DNA from: Deltaproteobacteria bacterium
GTDB taxonomy: Bacteria > Myxococcota > Kuafuiibacteriia > Kuafuiibacteriales > Kuafuiibacteriaceae
Direction: 5' to 3'
DNA length: 64,000 nt
Assembly: GCA_040218735.1 (NCBI GenBank)
Contig: JAVJQW010000067.1
Location: forward strand, 160,001 to 224,000
In this document: in pieces, positions 48,147 to 60,027 of the stretch
Position numbering within the stretch: the stretch's first letter is position 1
Layout: each line of letters begins with the position of its first letter
The notes under the pieces: model-generated
Told to the model about the DNA's origin: nothing
Database searches by the model: none
Seen by the model: the letters and a program-made list of their open reading frames with translations, nothing else
Program-made: the position numbers and the translations under genes

Positions 48147-48661
48147 ACCTCCGGCACCACGAGGCGCTCGACCTGCACCTGCTGAACGAGGCCCTTGGCG
48201 TTCGTCCAACAGACGCTCACGCTGAGGACCCGTGCGTCGCTCTGTTGGCCCGACCCGGGCGGCACGTCGATGGCGGTATCGATGCGGTACTTGCCGACCT
48301 CCAGCGTCGTCGTGTCGTCGGGGATGAGCCCGTCGTCGACGATCTGCGTGCAGGCAAACGTCGGCGCCGCAGCCCGCACCGGCGCGTAGGCGCGGGTGCC
48401 GATGCGACAGGACAAGAGCCCGCCGCCGCACGCGGGGAGGCGATCGGGCGGGAGTGTGCCGAGCTGCTCGGCGCGCTGAATCGCGAGCTGCGTCGCGACG
48501 TCGCGTGAACGGGCGTCGAGGTCGGTGCGGAACGACGTGGTGAACAGCTCGGCGAGCGCCACGACGCCGCAGCCGAGGACGAGGCTCGAGATGAGCACCT
48601 CGACGAGCGTCATGCCTCGAACCGAGCGTCGCGCGCGCGGGCCGGATCTACGGGACTTCAT
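48143..48661 (-). CDS. pilV: PilV-like minor pilin
   Basis: RG|MTLVEVLIS, ATQLAIQRAEQL, VSVCW. Confidence 0.8.
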   Translation of the reverse strand: MKSRRSGPRARRSVRGMTLVEVLISSLVLGCGVVALAELFTTSFRTDLDARSRDVATQLAIQRAEQLGTLPPDRLPACGGGLLSCRIGTRAYAPVRAAAPTFACTQIVDDGLIPDDTTTLEVGKYRIDTAIDVPPGSGQQSDARVLSVSVCWTNAKGLVQQVQVERLVVPEV

Positions 48662-48761
48662 CGACGTCCTGGTTCGGCCCGAACCACACAATGTTGATGA
48701 GTGGGTCGAATCGGAACGGCCACTCGTATCCGAGGTGAGACGGTCGATACCCCTTGAAGCG

Positions 48762-49685
48762 ATGGTCACGCTCGATCTGGATCGCGCCAGCTACTACAAC
48801 GACATGGGTATCGACACCCTCTGGACTGGCGACATCCAGAGGAGCCTCGACATCTCGATCGACATCCGTCCGCCGGTCGACGTGGAGGAGCTCGACGCCC
48901 GCCGTCGGGGATTCGAACGGTACTCACTCCGCGAGAATCTGGTGCGTGCGGCCCTCTTCGGCGTGTCTCGGCACGTGCGGTACGGACGCGTCACGGACGC
49001 CTCCGTGACGGGGATGTGGATCGAGACGGAGCACCCCCTCCCCTTCCGCGCCGAGGTCGACGTCGAGTGGTCCGTGATGGGCTTCGCGCAGACGTTCCCG
49101 GGGCGCGTGGTGCGCGCGACGAAGGACGGCATGGCGATCCAGCTCGATACGGACGACGCCACGTGGCGCTTCCGCTCGTCGTTCATCGACCTCGCCCGGA
49201 CGCCCACGCAGGACCCGCCGCAGGTCATCGTCCGGACGCGGCGCGACCGCGCCGACCGACACGTCGCGCCCGACACGGCGCTCCTCGCGCAGCTCGAACA
49301 CGAGTGGCTCGGCGTCCTCGAGACCCTCGAGGACGACGAGGCTCACCAGGCGTTCATCAACGCGTGCCTGAAGAACAAACGTCTGGAGTTCGCGTTGGAG
49401 TGTTACCGCGAGCTCAAGACCACGAACCCAGAGTCGGACGTCGCGACCCGCTACCTGAAGCAGATCGGGACGATCCTCTCGTTCTATACGCTCCAGCCCA
49501 CACAGCAGCGCGACGAGCGCGACAAGAAGAAGCTCTTCCCGATCATCATGATCATCCTCGCGGTGCTGGTCGCCGCGATCGCGGCCCCGTCCGTGGTGCG
49601 GAGCAAACTCGAGCGCCCGTCCTCCTCCGCGCCGGGCACTCCGGACACCGGCGGCTTCAAGAGCACTTCGCCGGGCGGCCCCTGA
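48762..49685 (+). CDS. PilZ-domain membrane protein
   Basis: RRGFER (RxxxR) and DASVTG (DxSxxG) c-di-GMP motifs, plus a C-terminal TM. Start is 48762 or 48805. Confidence 0.78.
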   Translation: MVTLDLDRASYYNDMGIDTLWTGDIQRSLDISIDIRPPVDVEELDARRRGFERYSLRENLVRAALFGVSRHVRYGRVTDASVTGMWIETEHPLPFRAEVDVEWSVMGFAQTFPGRVVRATKDGMAIQLDTDDATWRFRSSFIDLARTPTQDPPQVIVRTRRDRADRHVAPDTALLAQLEHEWLGVLETLEDDEAHQAFINACLKNKRLEFALECYRELKTTNPESDVATRYLKQIGTILSFYTLQPTQQRDERDKKKLFPIIMIILAVLVAAIAAPSVVRSKLERPSSSAPGTPDTGGFKSTSPGGP

Positions 49686-49687
49686 CG

Positions 49688-52291
49688 TCACCCCACGCGA
49701 GAGAGGGCCAGGCGCTCGGCGTAGCGCCGCTCGAGCTCGGCGGCGAGCGCCGCGTGCTCGGCGAGGTCCGGATCCCCTTCGAGGATCGCGAAGGCTTCGT
49801 CGCGTGCGCGTTCGAGCACGGCGGCGTCGCGGACGAGGTCCGCGAGGTGTAGCTCGGCGAGGCCGGACTGACGGGTGCCGAGGATCTCCCCGGCGCCGCG
49901 CAGCTCGAGGTCGCGCTCGGCGACCTCGAACCCGCTCGACGTCTGCGCGAGGACCTGCACGCGCTCCGCGCCCTCCTTCGACTTGGCGTCGACGAGGAGC
50001 ACGCAGCGCCCGGTGTACTGGCCACGCCCGACGCGCCCGCGGAGCTGGTGGAGCTGGCTGAGGCCGAAGCGCTCGGCGTGTTCCACCACCATCACCGACG
50101 CGTTCTCGACGTCGACGCCGACCTCGACGACCGTGGTCGACACCAACACCGCGACGTCCCCCTTCACGAACGCGTCCATCACCTCGGCCTTCTCGTCCGG
50201 CTTCATTCGGCCGTGGAGCAGGCCCACGCGTTTGGGTGCAAAGCGGTCCGCGAGCTCTTCGACCGCGTCGCTCGCGGCGGTGAGATCGAGCTTCTCGGAG
50301 GCCTCCACCAGCGGGAACACGACGTACGCCTGGCGCCCCGCGGCGAGCTCGTCGGAGACGATGCGGTACGCGCGGCGACGATCCTTCAGCGGGTAGACGT
50401 TGGTCTCGGTCGGCGAGCGCCCGGGGGGGAGCTCGTCGATGATCGTGGTGCGGAGGTCGCCGTACGCGGTGAGCGAGAGCGTGCGCGGGATGGGGGTGGC
50501 GGTCATGACGAGCACGTCGGGGGTCGCGTCCTCGCGTTTGGCGGACAGCGCGGCGCGCTGCTCCACGCCGAAGCGGTGCTGCTCGTCGACGATAGCGAGG
50601 CCGAGGTCCGCGAAGCGCACGGCGGGTTCGAGGATCGCGTGGGTGCCGACGAGGACGTCGACGGTCTTGGCGCGGAGCCCCGAGAGGATCTCGGTGCGCG
50701 CCGCCGCTTTGGTCGAGCCGGTGAGGAGTCGAACATCGAAGCCCGCCGGCTCCAGGAGCTTCAGCGCGTTCTTGAAGTGCTGCGACGCGAGGATCTCCGT
50801 GGGCGCGAGGATCGCCGTCTGGCGGCCGGCCGCCTGGACGAGCGCGGCGGCGATGAACGCGACGGCCGTCTTGCCGGAGCCGACGTCACCCATCAGCAGC
50901 CGGTTCATCGGGCGTGACGCGGCGAGGTCCTTGGCGATCGTCTCCAGCGCCCGCGCCTGCGCGCCGGTGAGCTCGAAGGGGAGCAGCCGCTCGGCGAGCT
51001 GGGACCAGGTCGCGTCGGGGCGGTGGGTGAGCCCGACGAGCGCGTCGCGCGCGGTGCGGGTGCGTGCGAGCGCGAGCTGGAGGAAGAAGAGCTCGTCGAA
51101 CACGAGGCGGGCGCGCATGCGTTCGAGGGGGCCGCGCGGGTCCGTGGTGTCGGTGGGCTCGGGCCGATGCGCGCGCAGCACCGCCTCGGCGAGCGGCGCG
51201 AGGCCGAGGCGTTCGCGGAGATCTTCGGGGAGCGGATCCTCGATCGCCGCGGCGGCGACCTCGGCGAGGGTCGTGACGATCTTCGTGAGCGTCTTCTTCG
51301 GTACCGCCTGGATCTCCGGGTAGACCGGGACGATGCCTTCGGGCGCGGGCGGCGCGTCGTCGACGTGCACGCTCATCTCCGGGTGCACCATCTGGCGCAT
51401 CGCGCCCCACTTCGTGACCTTGCCGAACACGACGACCTCGACGCCGCGCGCGAACTTCGCCTCCATCTGGTTCTTGGAGAAGCGGAAGAAGCGGCAGCTC
51501 AGGGTGCCGGTGTCGTCGCGCACGGCGATCTCGAACATGCGCTTCCGTCGCCCCATCATCCGCATCGAAGCGGCGGAGACACGCCCGCGCACCGCGGCGT
51601 GCTCACCTTCGACGAGGCGGTCGATCGTCGTGAACTGCGTGCGGTCCTCGTAGCGCGTGGGGAGGAAGAACAGCGCGTCCTGGACGGTCACGATGCGGTT
51701 CGACGCGAGGCGCTCGGCGGTCTTCGGCCCGACGCCGACGAGGTCGGCGAGGTGGTGTCCCGGGGTCGCCTGCTCCATCGGGACGCGCTTCGCGGGCCGC
51801 TCGGCGACCGCCGCCTGAGGCGCCGCCTTGCGAACGCGGCGCGCGGTGACGGCGGGCTTGAAGAGCTCGTCTTGCTGCGCGGCGGATTTCGTTGGCGCCG
51901 GGGCGCTCCGGGATTTCGCGGTCCCGGCGGGTTGCGTGGGTGCCGCGGATTTCGTTCGTGTGGCGACGCTCTCGGGTCGCGCGGCCCGCGTCGCCTTACG
52001 CGGCGCGGCGGATTTCGTTGGAGTCGCGGGGCCGTCGCCGAGGGCGGCGCGGATGCGGTCGCGTTTGGTGTGGTCGTCCGCAGCGTCGATGCCGTCGACG
52101 CAGGTGAGGACGTGTTGGAGCTGGGCGCGTTGCGGTGCGTCGAGGTGGGGTTCGGCGGCCTGCGCGGCGGCGCGAACGGCGGCCTCGACGCCGCGGATCA
52201 CCGAGAGGTTCGAGAAGTCGTTCTTGGCGGCGAACCGAAGGGGGCGGAGGACCGGCGCGAGCGGATCGTCTCGGTCAGACGAACTCGACAC
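49688..52291 (-). CDS. recG: ATP-dependent DNA helicase RecG
   Basis: [57 protein letters not shown]. Confidence 0.98.
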   Translation of the reverse strand: MSSSSDRDDPLAPVLRPLRFAAKNDFSNLSVIRGVEAAVRAAAQAAEPHLDAPQRAQLQHVLTCVDGIDAADDHTKRDRIRAALGDGPATPTKSAAPRKATRAARPESVATRTKSAAPTQPAGTAKSRSAPAPTKSAAQQDELFKPAVTARRVRKAAPQAAVAERPAKRVPMEQATPGHHLADLVGVGPKTAERLASNRIVTVQDALFFLPTRYEDRTQFTTIDRLVEGEHAAVRGRVSAASMRMMGRRKRMFEIAVRDDTGTLSCRFFRFSKNQMEAKFARGVEVVVFGKVTKWGAMRQMVHPEMSVHVDDAPPAPEGIVPVYPEIQAVPKKTLTKIVTTLAEVAAAAIEDPLPEDLRERLGLAPLAEAVLRAHRPEPTDTTDPRGPLERMRARLVFDELFFLQLALARTRTARDALVGLTHRPDATWSQLAERLLPFELTGAQARALETIAKDLAASRPMNRLLMGDVGSGKTAVAFIAAALVQAAGRQTAILAPTEILASQHFKNALKLLEPAGFDVRLLTGSTKAAARTEILSGLRAKTVDVLVGTHAILEPAVRFADLGLAIVDEQHRFGVEQRAALSAKREDATPDVLVMTATPIPRTLSLTAYGDLRTTIIDELPPGRSPTETNVYPLKDRRRAYRIVSDELAAGRQAYVVFPLVEASEKLDLTAASDAVEELADRFAPKRVGLLHGRMKPDEKAEVMDAFVKGDVAVLVSTTVVEVGVDVENASVMVVEHAERFGLSQLHQLRGRVGRGQYTGRCVLLVDAKSKEGAERVQVLAQTSSGFEVAERDLELRGAGEILGTRQSGLAELHLADLVRDAAVLERARDEAFAILEGDPDLAEHAALAAELERRYAERLALSRVG

Positions 52292-52754
52292 GGACGATCT
52301 CGTACTCCTTTTCGCCCTTCCGCGGCAGCCGTACGGTGACGGCGTCCCCGACGGACTTCCCGATGAGCGACCGCGCGACGGGCGCGGTATACGAGATGAG
52401 GCCGTTCTTGGCGTCCACCTCGTCGGTTCCGACGATCTGGTAACGCGCCTCCTCCTCGGAGTCGGTGTCCATGACGGTCACGGTCGCCCCGAACACCACC
52501 TTGTCGCCGGACAGCTTCGTCGGGTCGATGATCTCGGCGAGCGCGAGCTTGCTGTCGATCTCGGCGATGCGCCCCTCGATGAAGGACTGCTTCTCCTTGG
52601 CGGCGTGATACTCGGCGTTCTCCGACAGGTCGCCGTGGGCTCGGGCCTCTTCGATCGCGGCCGTGGTGGCGGGGCGTTCGACGGACCTCAGGTGTTTGAG
52701 CTCGTCTTTGAGGAGGTCATAACCTCGGCGGGTCATGGGTTCTCTGTCCGACAT
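52275..52754 (-). CDS. greA: Transcription elongation factor GreA
   Basis: [35 protein letters not shown]. Confidence 0.97.
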   Translation of the reverse strand: MSDREPMTRRGYDLLKDELKHLRSVERPATTAAIEEARAHGDLSENAEYHAAKEKQSFIEGRIAEIDSKLALAEIIDPTKLSGDKVVFGATVTVMDTDSEEEARYQIVGTDEVDAKNGLISYTAPVARSLIGKSVGDAVTVRLPRKGEKEYEIVRVEFV

Positions 52755-52806
52755 GTCCTTTTGGGTCTAGGTCATCTTTGGTGGGGGTTCAATGGTTTGC
52801 TTGGTG

Positions 52807-52848
52807 GGGGTGGGAGTGCCCAGGCTCGGGGTGGGAGTGCCCAGGCTC
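52807..52848. repeat. Perfect 21-bp tandem duplication (ggggtgggagtgcccaggctc x2)
   Basis: Copies at 52807-52827 and 52828-52848, abutting the left end of the large palindrome. Confidence 0.95.
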
Positions 52849-53779
52849 GGCTGCGCTTTGGGTGGCGCGGCCGGGGGGCAGGCGGAGCGACCGTTTCCGG
52901 TCGCCGTGTCTCGGCCCCTTCGCTCCGCTCGACCTCCCTCGCGGCGACCAAAAACTCCAAATCGCTCCGCCGACCCCCCGACCGCGCCCCCCTCGCTCCG
53001 CATGACGAGCTGCCCTCTCCCGACCGAGCCGGATTGCTAGCGCCCGCGTGGGTGGGCGACCCCGTTTGGGTGATTCAGCGGCTTGGTGCCCAGGGGCCCG
53101 CTCCGCGGCATCGGGCGGGCGGGGGCCCTCGGGCCGGCTTGCTCTACGACGCGTGAAGACGAGGACCGCGAAGAACGCGATCCGCGCTCGGTGGAGCTGA
53201 CGGCGTGGCGGACCGTGGTCGGGACCCCCGCCCGCCCTCGCCGCTCCGCTCAAGACGTCGGCAGGATCGTGGGAGGCTCGCGCGACCTCGTCTTGGTGGA
53301 CCGCACCGCGCTGAGGCGCCCGCAGAAATTCGGACGACACGCGCGGTGCCCGAGCGTCCCCGCCGACTCGCCTAGCGGAGCGGAGGCGGCGGGCGCGACG
53401 ATTCCGAAAGACGGTCCGCCACGAGTCGAGCGCGTCCTCTTGCCTATCTCGACCGCAACGCCGTGGGCTTCGCGTGTCGCCGATCTGGCCGGACCGAGGG
53501 CGTCGCGCCCGCCGCCGGAGCGGAGCGAGCCCCTGGGCAACGGGTCGAACCATCGCAGCGCGGGATCGTGGCACCCCCGGGTACAAAACCGAGTGATTGC
53601 GCCGTCAGGACGGCTACTCGTGATGCGGAGCGGGAGAGTGCGGTCGGGGGGCTGGGGGAGCGTTTGGAGATTTGGGTCGCCGCGGAGGCGGTCATCGAAG
53701 CCGTAGGAGTCCGGACACGGCGACCCGAAGCGGTCGCTCCACCAGACCCCCGGCCGCGCTCTCCAAAGCGCAGCCGAGC
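52845..53779. repeat. 935-bp imperfect palindrome (foldback element), centre about 53312
   Basis: Exact reverse-complement blocks: 52845-61/53763-79, 52884-93/53731-40, 52899-910/53714-25, 52974-85/53640-51, 52994-53003/53623-32, 53087-97/53529-39, 53204-16/53411-23, 53241-50/53374-83. Confidence 0.92.
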
Positions 53780-53789
53780 AACCTCTCCC

Positions 53790-55871
<2,082 letters not shown>

Positions 55872-55959
55872 GCGTCGGGCGTATGTAAGCTAACTCCACC
55901 CGGGTCAAGCAAAAGCTCACGCGTGAAACTCGGGTCCGAGTTTGCGACACTCGGCGCCG

Positions 55960-56517
55960 ATGTGGCGCCGATTCGGCTTCGTTCCCCTACTGGCGATGAC
56001 CCTCACGGGTTGCCCCGACGACAGCCTGGATCGGGCCCGCAAACTCGAAGCCGAGGGGCGCATCCGCGAGGCCGGCGAGCTGTACCAGCACATCGCCAAG
56101 CAGGACCCGGCGAACCTCGGGGCCTGGGACGGCGCCGTCGATCTGTGGTGCACCAAACACGTCGACGTCGGGGCGTGCATGGGCGTCCTCGACCTGGAGT
56201 TGGACCTGCTCGGCAACGTCGAGCGGCACCGGGACGCCCTGTCCGAGGTCCTTGAGCTACGCGCGCGCGCACGCGCCGAGAACGGCATGGCGCAGGCGGC
56301 GCTCACGGATCTCGAGCGGGCCGAAAAGGCCGGCCCCGAGCGACCGACGGTCTACACCGCCAAAGCACGCGTGCTGATGATGCTCGGCCGCCCGGACGAG
56401 GCGCACGACGCGCTCGACATCGCCAAACGCCTCGACCCGAACAACGCCGAGGCCGACGCCCTCTACAAGGAGCTGCCCTCCAAGGACCCCGGCTTCGGTG
56501 GCGCCGTGAAGGACTAA
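55960..56517 (+). CDS. TPR lipoprotein
   Basis: TLTGC lipobox; TPR-like AKRLDPNNAEA. Confidence 0.75.
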   Translation: MWRRFGFVPLLAMTLTGCPDDSLDRARKLEAEGRIREAGELYQHIAKQDPANLGAWDGAVDLWCTKHVDVGACMGVLDLELDLLGNVERHRDALSEVLELRARARAENGMAQAALTDLERAEKAGPERPTVYTAKARVLMMLGRPDEAHDALDIAKRLDPNNAEADALYKELPSKDPGFGGAVKD

Positions 56518-57350
56518 GGCGCGACGCCGAGGCGTGCGCCCATGCGAACGGGCTGGCCCTTCTCCATCGGGTTCAGCTCGACCGGGCGCTCCGTCACGAA
56601 GATGACCGTCGACCCCATCTCGAAGACGCCGAGCTCGGCGCCGCGCGCGATGGGGATCGGCTCGTCATAGGTGTGCCGCACGATCTCGGTCTGCCCCGTA
56701 TTGGTGCGAATCGCGTCGTCGTAACACAGGGAGATGTGGCCGACGTTGGTCGCGCCGACCTTCACCACCTCGACGCGCCCGAACTTCTCGGACTGCACGT
56801 GGGTGATGAGCCGCTCGTTCTTCGCGAACAGCTCGTCGACGTGCGCCACCGCCGCCGCGTTGACCGGCCACAGCGCACCGGGCACCGCGGTGTAGCCGGT
56901 GATCACGCCGTCCACCGGGCAGTGGATGCGATGGTAGTCGCGGGGCGCGAGGTACAGCGTCGCGTAGGTGCCGTCGGCGAAGATCTGCTCCGCGTCGTCC
57001 TGGGCGAGGAGCGCCGCGAGTTTGTAGTCGCGGCCCTTCGCCTGGAACAGGCGCCCGTCGCCGACCGGCCCGCCCACCAGATACGCACCGTCCACCGGAG
57101 ACACAAACGCCTCCGGCGCGTCGTCGATCGGACGCACGCCGGGCTTGAGGCGGCGGGTGAAGAAGTCGAGGACGCTCTCGTACGCGTCGATCGGCTTTTC
57201 GGCTTCTTCCACCGCCACGTCGAAGCGGGCCGCGAACCGGCGCACCGCCATCTGGGAGCGCACCGCCGCGAGGCGGCGCACTGCCTTGGACAGGGGCTTC
57301 TTGGGAAGCACCCGCATCCCCGTGATGAACAGCTTGCCGGGTTCGCTCAT
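56514..57350 (-). CDS. psd: Phosphatidylserine decarboxylase proenzyme
   Basis: FFTRRLKPGVRPI, SPVDG, YLAPRDYHRIH, VGATNVG, and the FEMGSTV autocleavage site. Confidence 0.95.
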   Translation of the reverse strand: MSEPGKLFITGMRVLPKKPLSKAVRRLAAVRSQMAVRRFAARFDVAVEEAEKPIDAYESVLDFFTRRLKPGVRPIDDAPEAFVSPVDGAYLVGGPVGDGRLFQAKGRDYKLAALLAQDDAEQIFADGTYATLYLAPRDYHRIHCPVDGVITGYTAVPGALWPVNAAAVAHVDELFAKNERLITHVQSEKFGRVEVVKVGATNVGHISLCYDDAIRTNTGQTEIVRHTYDEPIPIARGAELGVFEMGSTVIFVTERPVELNPMEKGQPVRMGARLGVAP

Positions 57351-57354
57351 CGCG

Positions 57355-58425
57355 TCAGCTCAGCTCGGACAGCGCCGCGAGGATCTCCGCGGCGTGGGTC
57401 TTCGGCGACACCTTCGGGAAGGCCTTTGCGATGTTGCCGTCCTTGTCGATGATGAACGTGGTCCGCAGGATGCCGTTGAACTCGCGGCCCATGAACTTCT
57501 TGGGACCCCAGCTCCCGTAGGCGCTGATCACTTCACCCGCGGGATCCGAGAGCAGCGGGAAGTCGAGGTTGAACTTCGCCTTGAACTTGTCGTGTTTCTT
57601 CACGGTGTCGCGGCTGACGCCGAGCACGACGGCGTTCGCACCCGCGAGCTCCGACGACGCGTCGCGGAAACCGCAGGCCTCGACCGTGCACCCGGGCGTG
57701 TCGTCGCGCGGGTAGAAGTACAGGACCACGTTCTTGCCGCGGAGCGCTTCGAGGCTCACCTCGCCGCCACCGTCCGACGGGAGCGTGAACGTCGGCGCCT
57801 TCGTCCCGACCTCGGGCGCGGGCTGAATCGCCGGCTCCGCCGCGTCCGCCGCCGGCGCGGCCTTCGCGGGCGCGGGCGCGGCGACCTTAACGGGCGCCTT
57901 CTTCGCAGCGACCTTCTTCGCCGGAGCCTCTTTCGCGGGCGCTTTCTTCGCGGGCGCCTTCTTCGCGGGCGCCCTCTTCGCGGGCGCCTTCTTCACGGGC
58001 GCCTTCTTCGCGGGCGCCTTCTTCGCAGCGGCCTTCTTGGCGGGCGCCTTCTTCACGGCAGCCTTCTTCGCAGCAGCCTTCTTCACAGCAGCCTTCTTGG
58101 CGGGCGCCTTCTTCACAGCAGCCTTCTTCACAGCAGCCTTCTTGGCGGGCGCCTTCTTGGTCGCGCGCTTCTTCGTGGGCGCCTTCTTGGCAGCGCGCTT
58201 CTTCGTCGCCTTCTTCGCGGCGGCCTTCTTCGTCGCTTTCTTCGCGGCGGCCTTCTTCGTCGCTTTCTTCGCGGCGGTCTTCTTCGCCGCGCGCTTCTTC
58301 GTGGTCTTCTTCGCTGCCGTCTTCTTCGCTGCCGTCTTCTTCGCGGCGCGCTTCTTGGTCGTCTTCTTGGCCGCCGTCTTCTTGGCAGTGGCCTTCTTCT
58401 TCGAGGTCGTCTTCTTCCGAGCCAT
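57355..58425 (-). CDS. bcp: BCP/PrxQ peroxiredoxin fused to a long N-terminal histone-H1-like KKAA/KKAP repeat
   Basis: ATG at 58425 ([10 protein letters not shown]…), a long K/A/T/P pentapeptide repeat, then [23 protein letters not shown] in the same frame with no stop. Confidence 0.88.
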   Translation of the reverse strand: MARKKTTSKKKATAKKTAAKKTTKKRAAKKTAAKKTAAKKTTKKRAAKKTAAKKATKKAAAKKATKKAAAKKATKKRAAKKAPTKKRATKKAPAKKAAVKKAAVKKAPAKKAAVKKAAAKKAAVKKAPAKKAAAKKAPAKKAPVKKAPAKRAPAKKAPAKKAPAKEAPAKKVAAKKAPVKVAAPAPAKAAPAADAAEPAIQPAPEVGTKAPTFTLPSDGGGEVSLEALRGKNVVLYFYPRDDTPGCTVEACGFRDASSELAGANAVVLGVSRDTVKKHDKFKAKFNLDFPLLSDPAGEVISAYGSWGPKKFMGREFNGILRTTFIIDKDGNIAKAFPKVSPKTHAAEILAALSELS

Positions 58426-58556
58426 GGCGACCCCGTTAACGAGGAAGATCGTCCCTGGCAAGGCGGCGTTCGCGCCCGGTGGCGCGGAGGAAGCGGAAGC
58501 GGTGGGAGGGAGGAGGCGCGCGCGGCGGCGCCACCGCCGCGCGACTTCGGTCGAGC

Positions 58557-59744
58557 CTACTGGCAGTGGCCGGTGGCCGTGTTGCACGTGCCGCCGCCGC
58601 ACTCCGCGTCCATCGTGCAGCGCGGGATGCAGACGTCGATGGGCGAGCCGTCCTGGAACATGCCGATCCGCTCGCAGATCGTGTTCGGGTTCAGGTTCGA
58701 GCACGCGGTGTCGTTTCCGAACGTGCACTGCTGCACGCAGATGTTCCCCTCGTTCTGCGTCACGAGGCAGACCGAGTTCATCGGGCACTGGTCGAGCACG
58801 TTGGTGCAGGACGCGGTGCACGAGTTCGCCAGCGTCGCCGAGCACGCGCCGCTCTGGCAGTCGCCGCCCACCGTGCAGGTCTGCCCGATGTCCGTGAACG
58901 ACTGCACGTTGAGGCACAGGCCGACGCCGTCGTTCGGCGCCTCGAGCGGGTCACACTGGTAGGTGCCGAGGCTCGGGCACACCGAGCCGGGGTTCCTGTC
59001 GTCGCACAGGCGCGAGCAGACGCCCATCGTCACCGGCGGGTTCGCCTGCGACGACACGCCGATGCAGAAGTGGTTCGACGCGCGCTCGCAGGAGTCGGAG
59101 TCGATGTTGCCGCCGAGGTCGAACGTCACGGTGCAGGCCTGCGCGTGCGTGCCGCCGTTGCCGAGCGGCTGGCAGACGCCGGGCACCACGCCCATCGTCC
59201 CGAGCCAGAAGCAGCCGTTGCCCATGCCGCAGGTCGAGTTCGCCGTGGGCACGTAGGGGTCGCACTCGCTGAAGCAAGCGCAGTTGCCGCCGCCCGCGCA
59301 GCGCCCCGAGCCGTCGTTGATCAGGCAGACGCCGTTCGGGTCCGCCATCTGGCAGTCGGTGTCCACGTTGCAGCCGCCCTGCTGCATCATCCCGCCGTCG
59401 CGGGTCGGGTTGTTCACGCCGCCGTCGCGCGGCGGGTTGATCGGGTCGCAGGCCATCGTCGCGTCGTTCCAGACGTAGCCGCCCTGGCAGTTCGGCAGGC
59501 ACTCACACGCGGGCGCCATGCCCACGAGCTGGAACGGCGCGCAGTTGTTGTTCGCGCAAGGGTTCGGGCCCGCGTCGGTCGGGTTGTTGGTGTCGCCACC
59601 GTCGCGCGGGGCGCCCGAGCCTCCGTCGCGGACCGGTCGGATCTTCGTGCCGCCGGTGTCGCGGCCGCCGCTGCAGCCGAACGCGACGGCGGCGGTACAC
59701 AGAGAGAGCAGGAGGTGAGCAGAAAGAGAGGTCGAGGTGCGCAT
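58557..59744 (-). CDS. Cys-rich lipoprotein
   Basis: AFGC lipobox, RDGG linker, many disulfide-type repeats. Confidence 0.8.
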   Translation of the reverse strand: MRTSTSLSAHLLLSLCTAAVAFGCSGGRDTGGTKIRPVRDGGSGAPRDGGDTNNPTDAGPNPCANNNCAPFQLVGMAPACECLPNCQGGYVWNDATMACDPINPPRDGGVNNPTRDGGMMQQGGCNVDTDCQMADPNGVCLINDGSGRCAGGGNCACFSECDPYVPTANSTCGMGNGCFWLGTMGVVPGVCQPLGNGGTHAQACTVTFDLGGNIDSDSCERASNHFCIGVSSQANPPVTMGVCSRLCDDRNPGSVCPSLGTYQCDPLEAPNDGVGLCLNVQSFTDIGQTCTVGGDCQSGACSATLANSCTASCTNVLDQCPMNSVCLVTQNEGNICVQQCTFGNDTACSNLNPNTICERIGMFQDGSPIDVCIPRCTMDAECGGGTCNTATGHCQ

Positions 59745-60027
59745 AGTAACCGTTCCCCGTTACTACTCGCGCACCGGATCTCGGGTCGGTCGATCGACCT
59801 ACGCGGCGGCAGTTGAGCGCGCGCACGCCGACGACGGGCGGAGAAGGGGCCGTTCGACGCACTCGGGCGTCAGGCGATGACAGCGAAATGGAGGGGCGCT
59901 CAGGATTGGAGCCGGAGGCGGTCGCCTCCATCGGCATCCTGACCCTCGCCCTCGCCTCTCGAGGCCAGAGCACGGCCTTCGTCGTGTTGAAGGCTAGGGC
60001 CGGGGTCAGGGCTAGGAGGCCTCGCTT

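Noticed and set aside
52789-53706. ORFs 52789..53586 (-) and 53083..53706 (+) as proteins such as a transposase or Oblin
   Set aside because: Arg/Pro-rich translations with no recognisable motifs; they are explained by stop-poor GC-rich palindromic DNA.
57890-58420. Regular 15-bp-period repeats as a CRISPR array
   Set aside because: No unique spacers and no cas genes; the repeats are codons for KKAxA pentapeptides within the bcp fusion.
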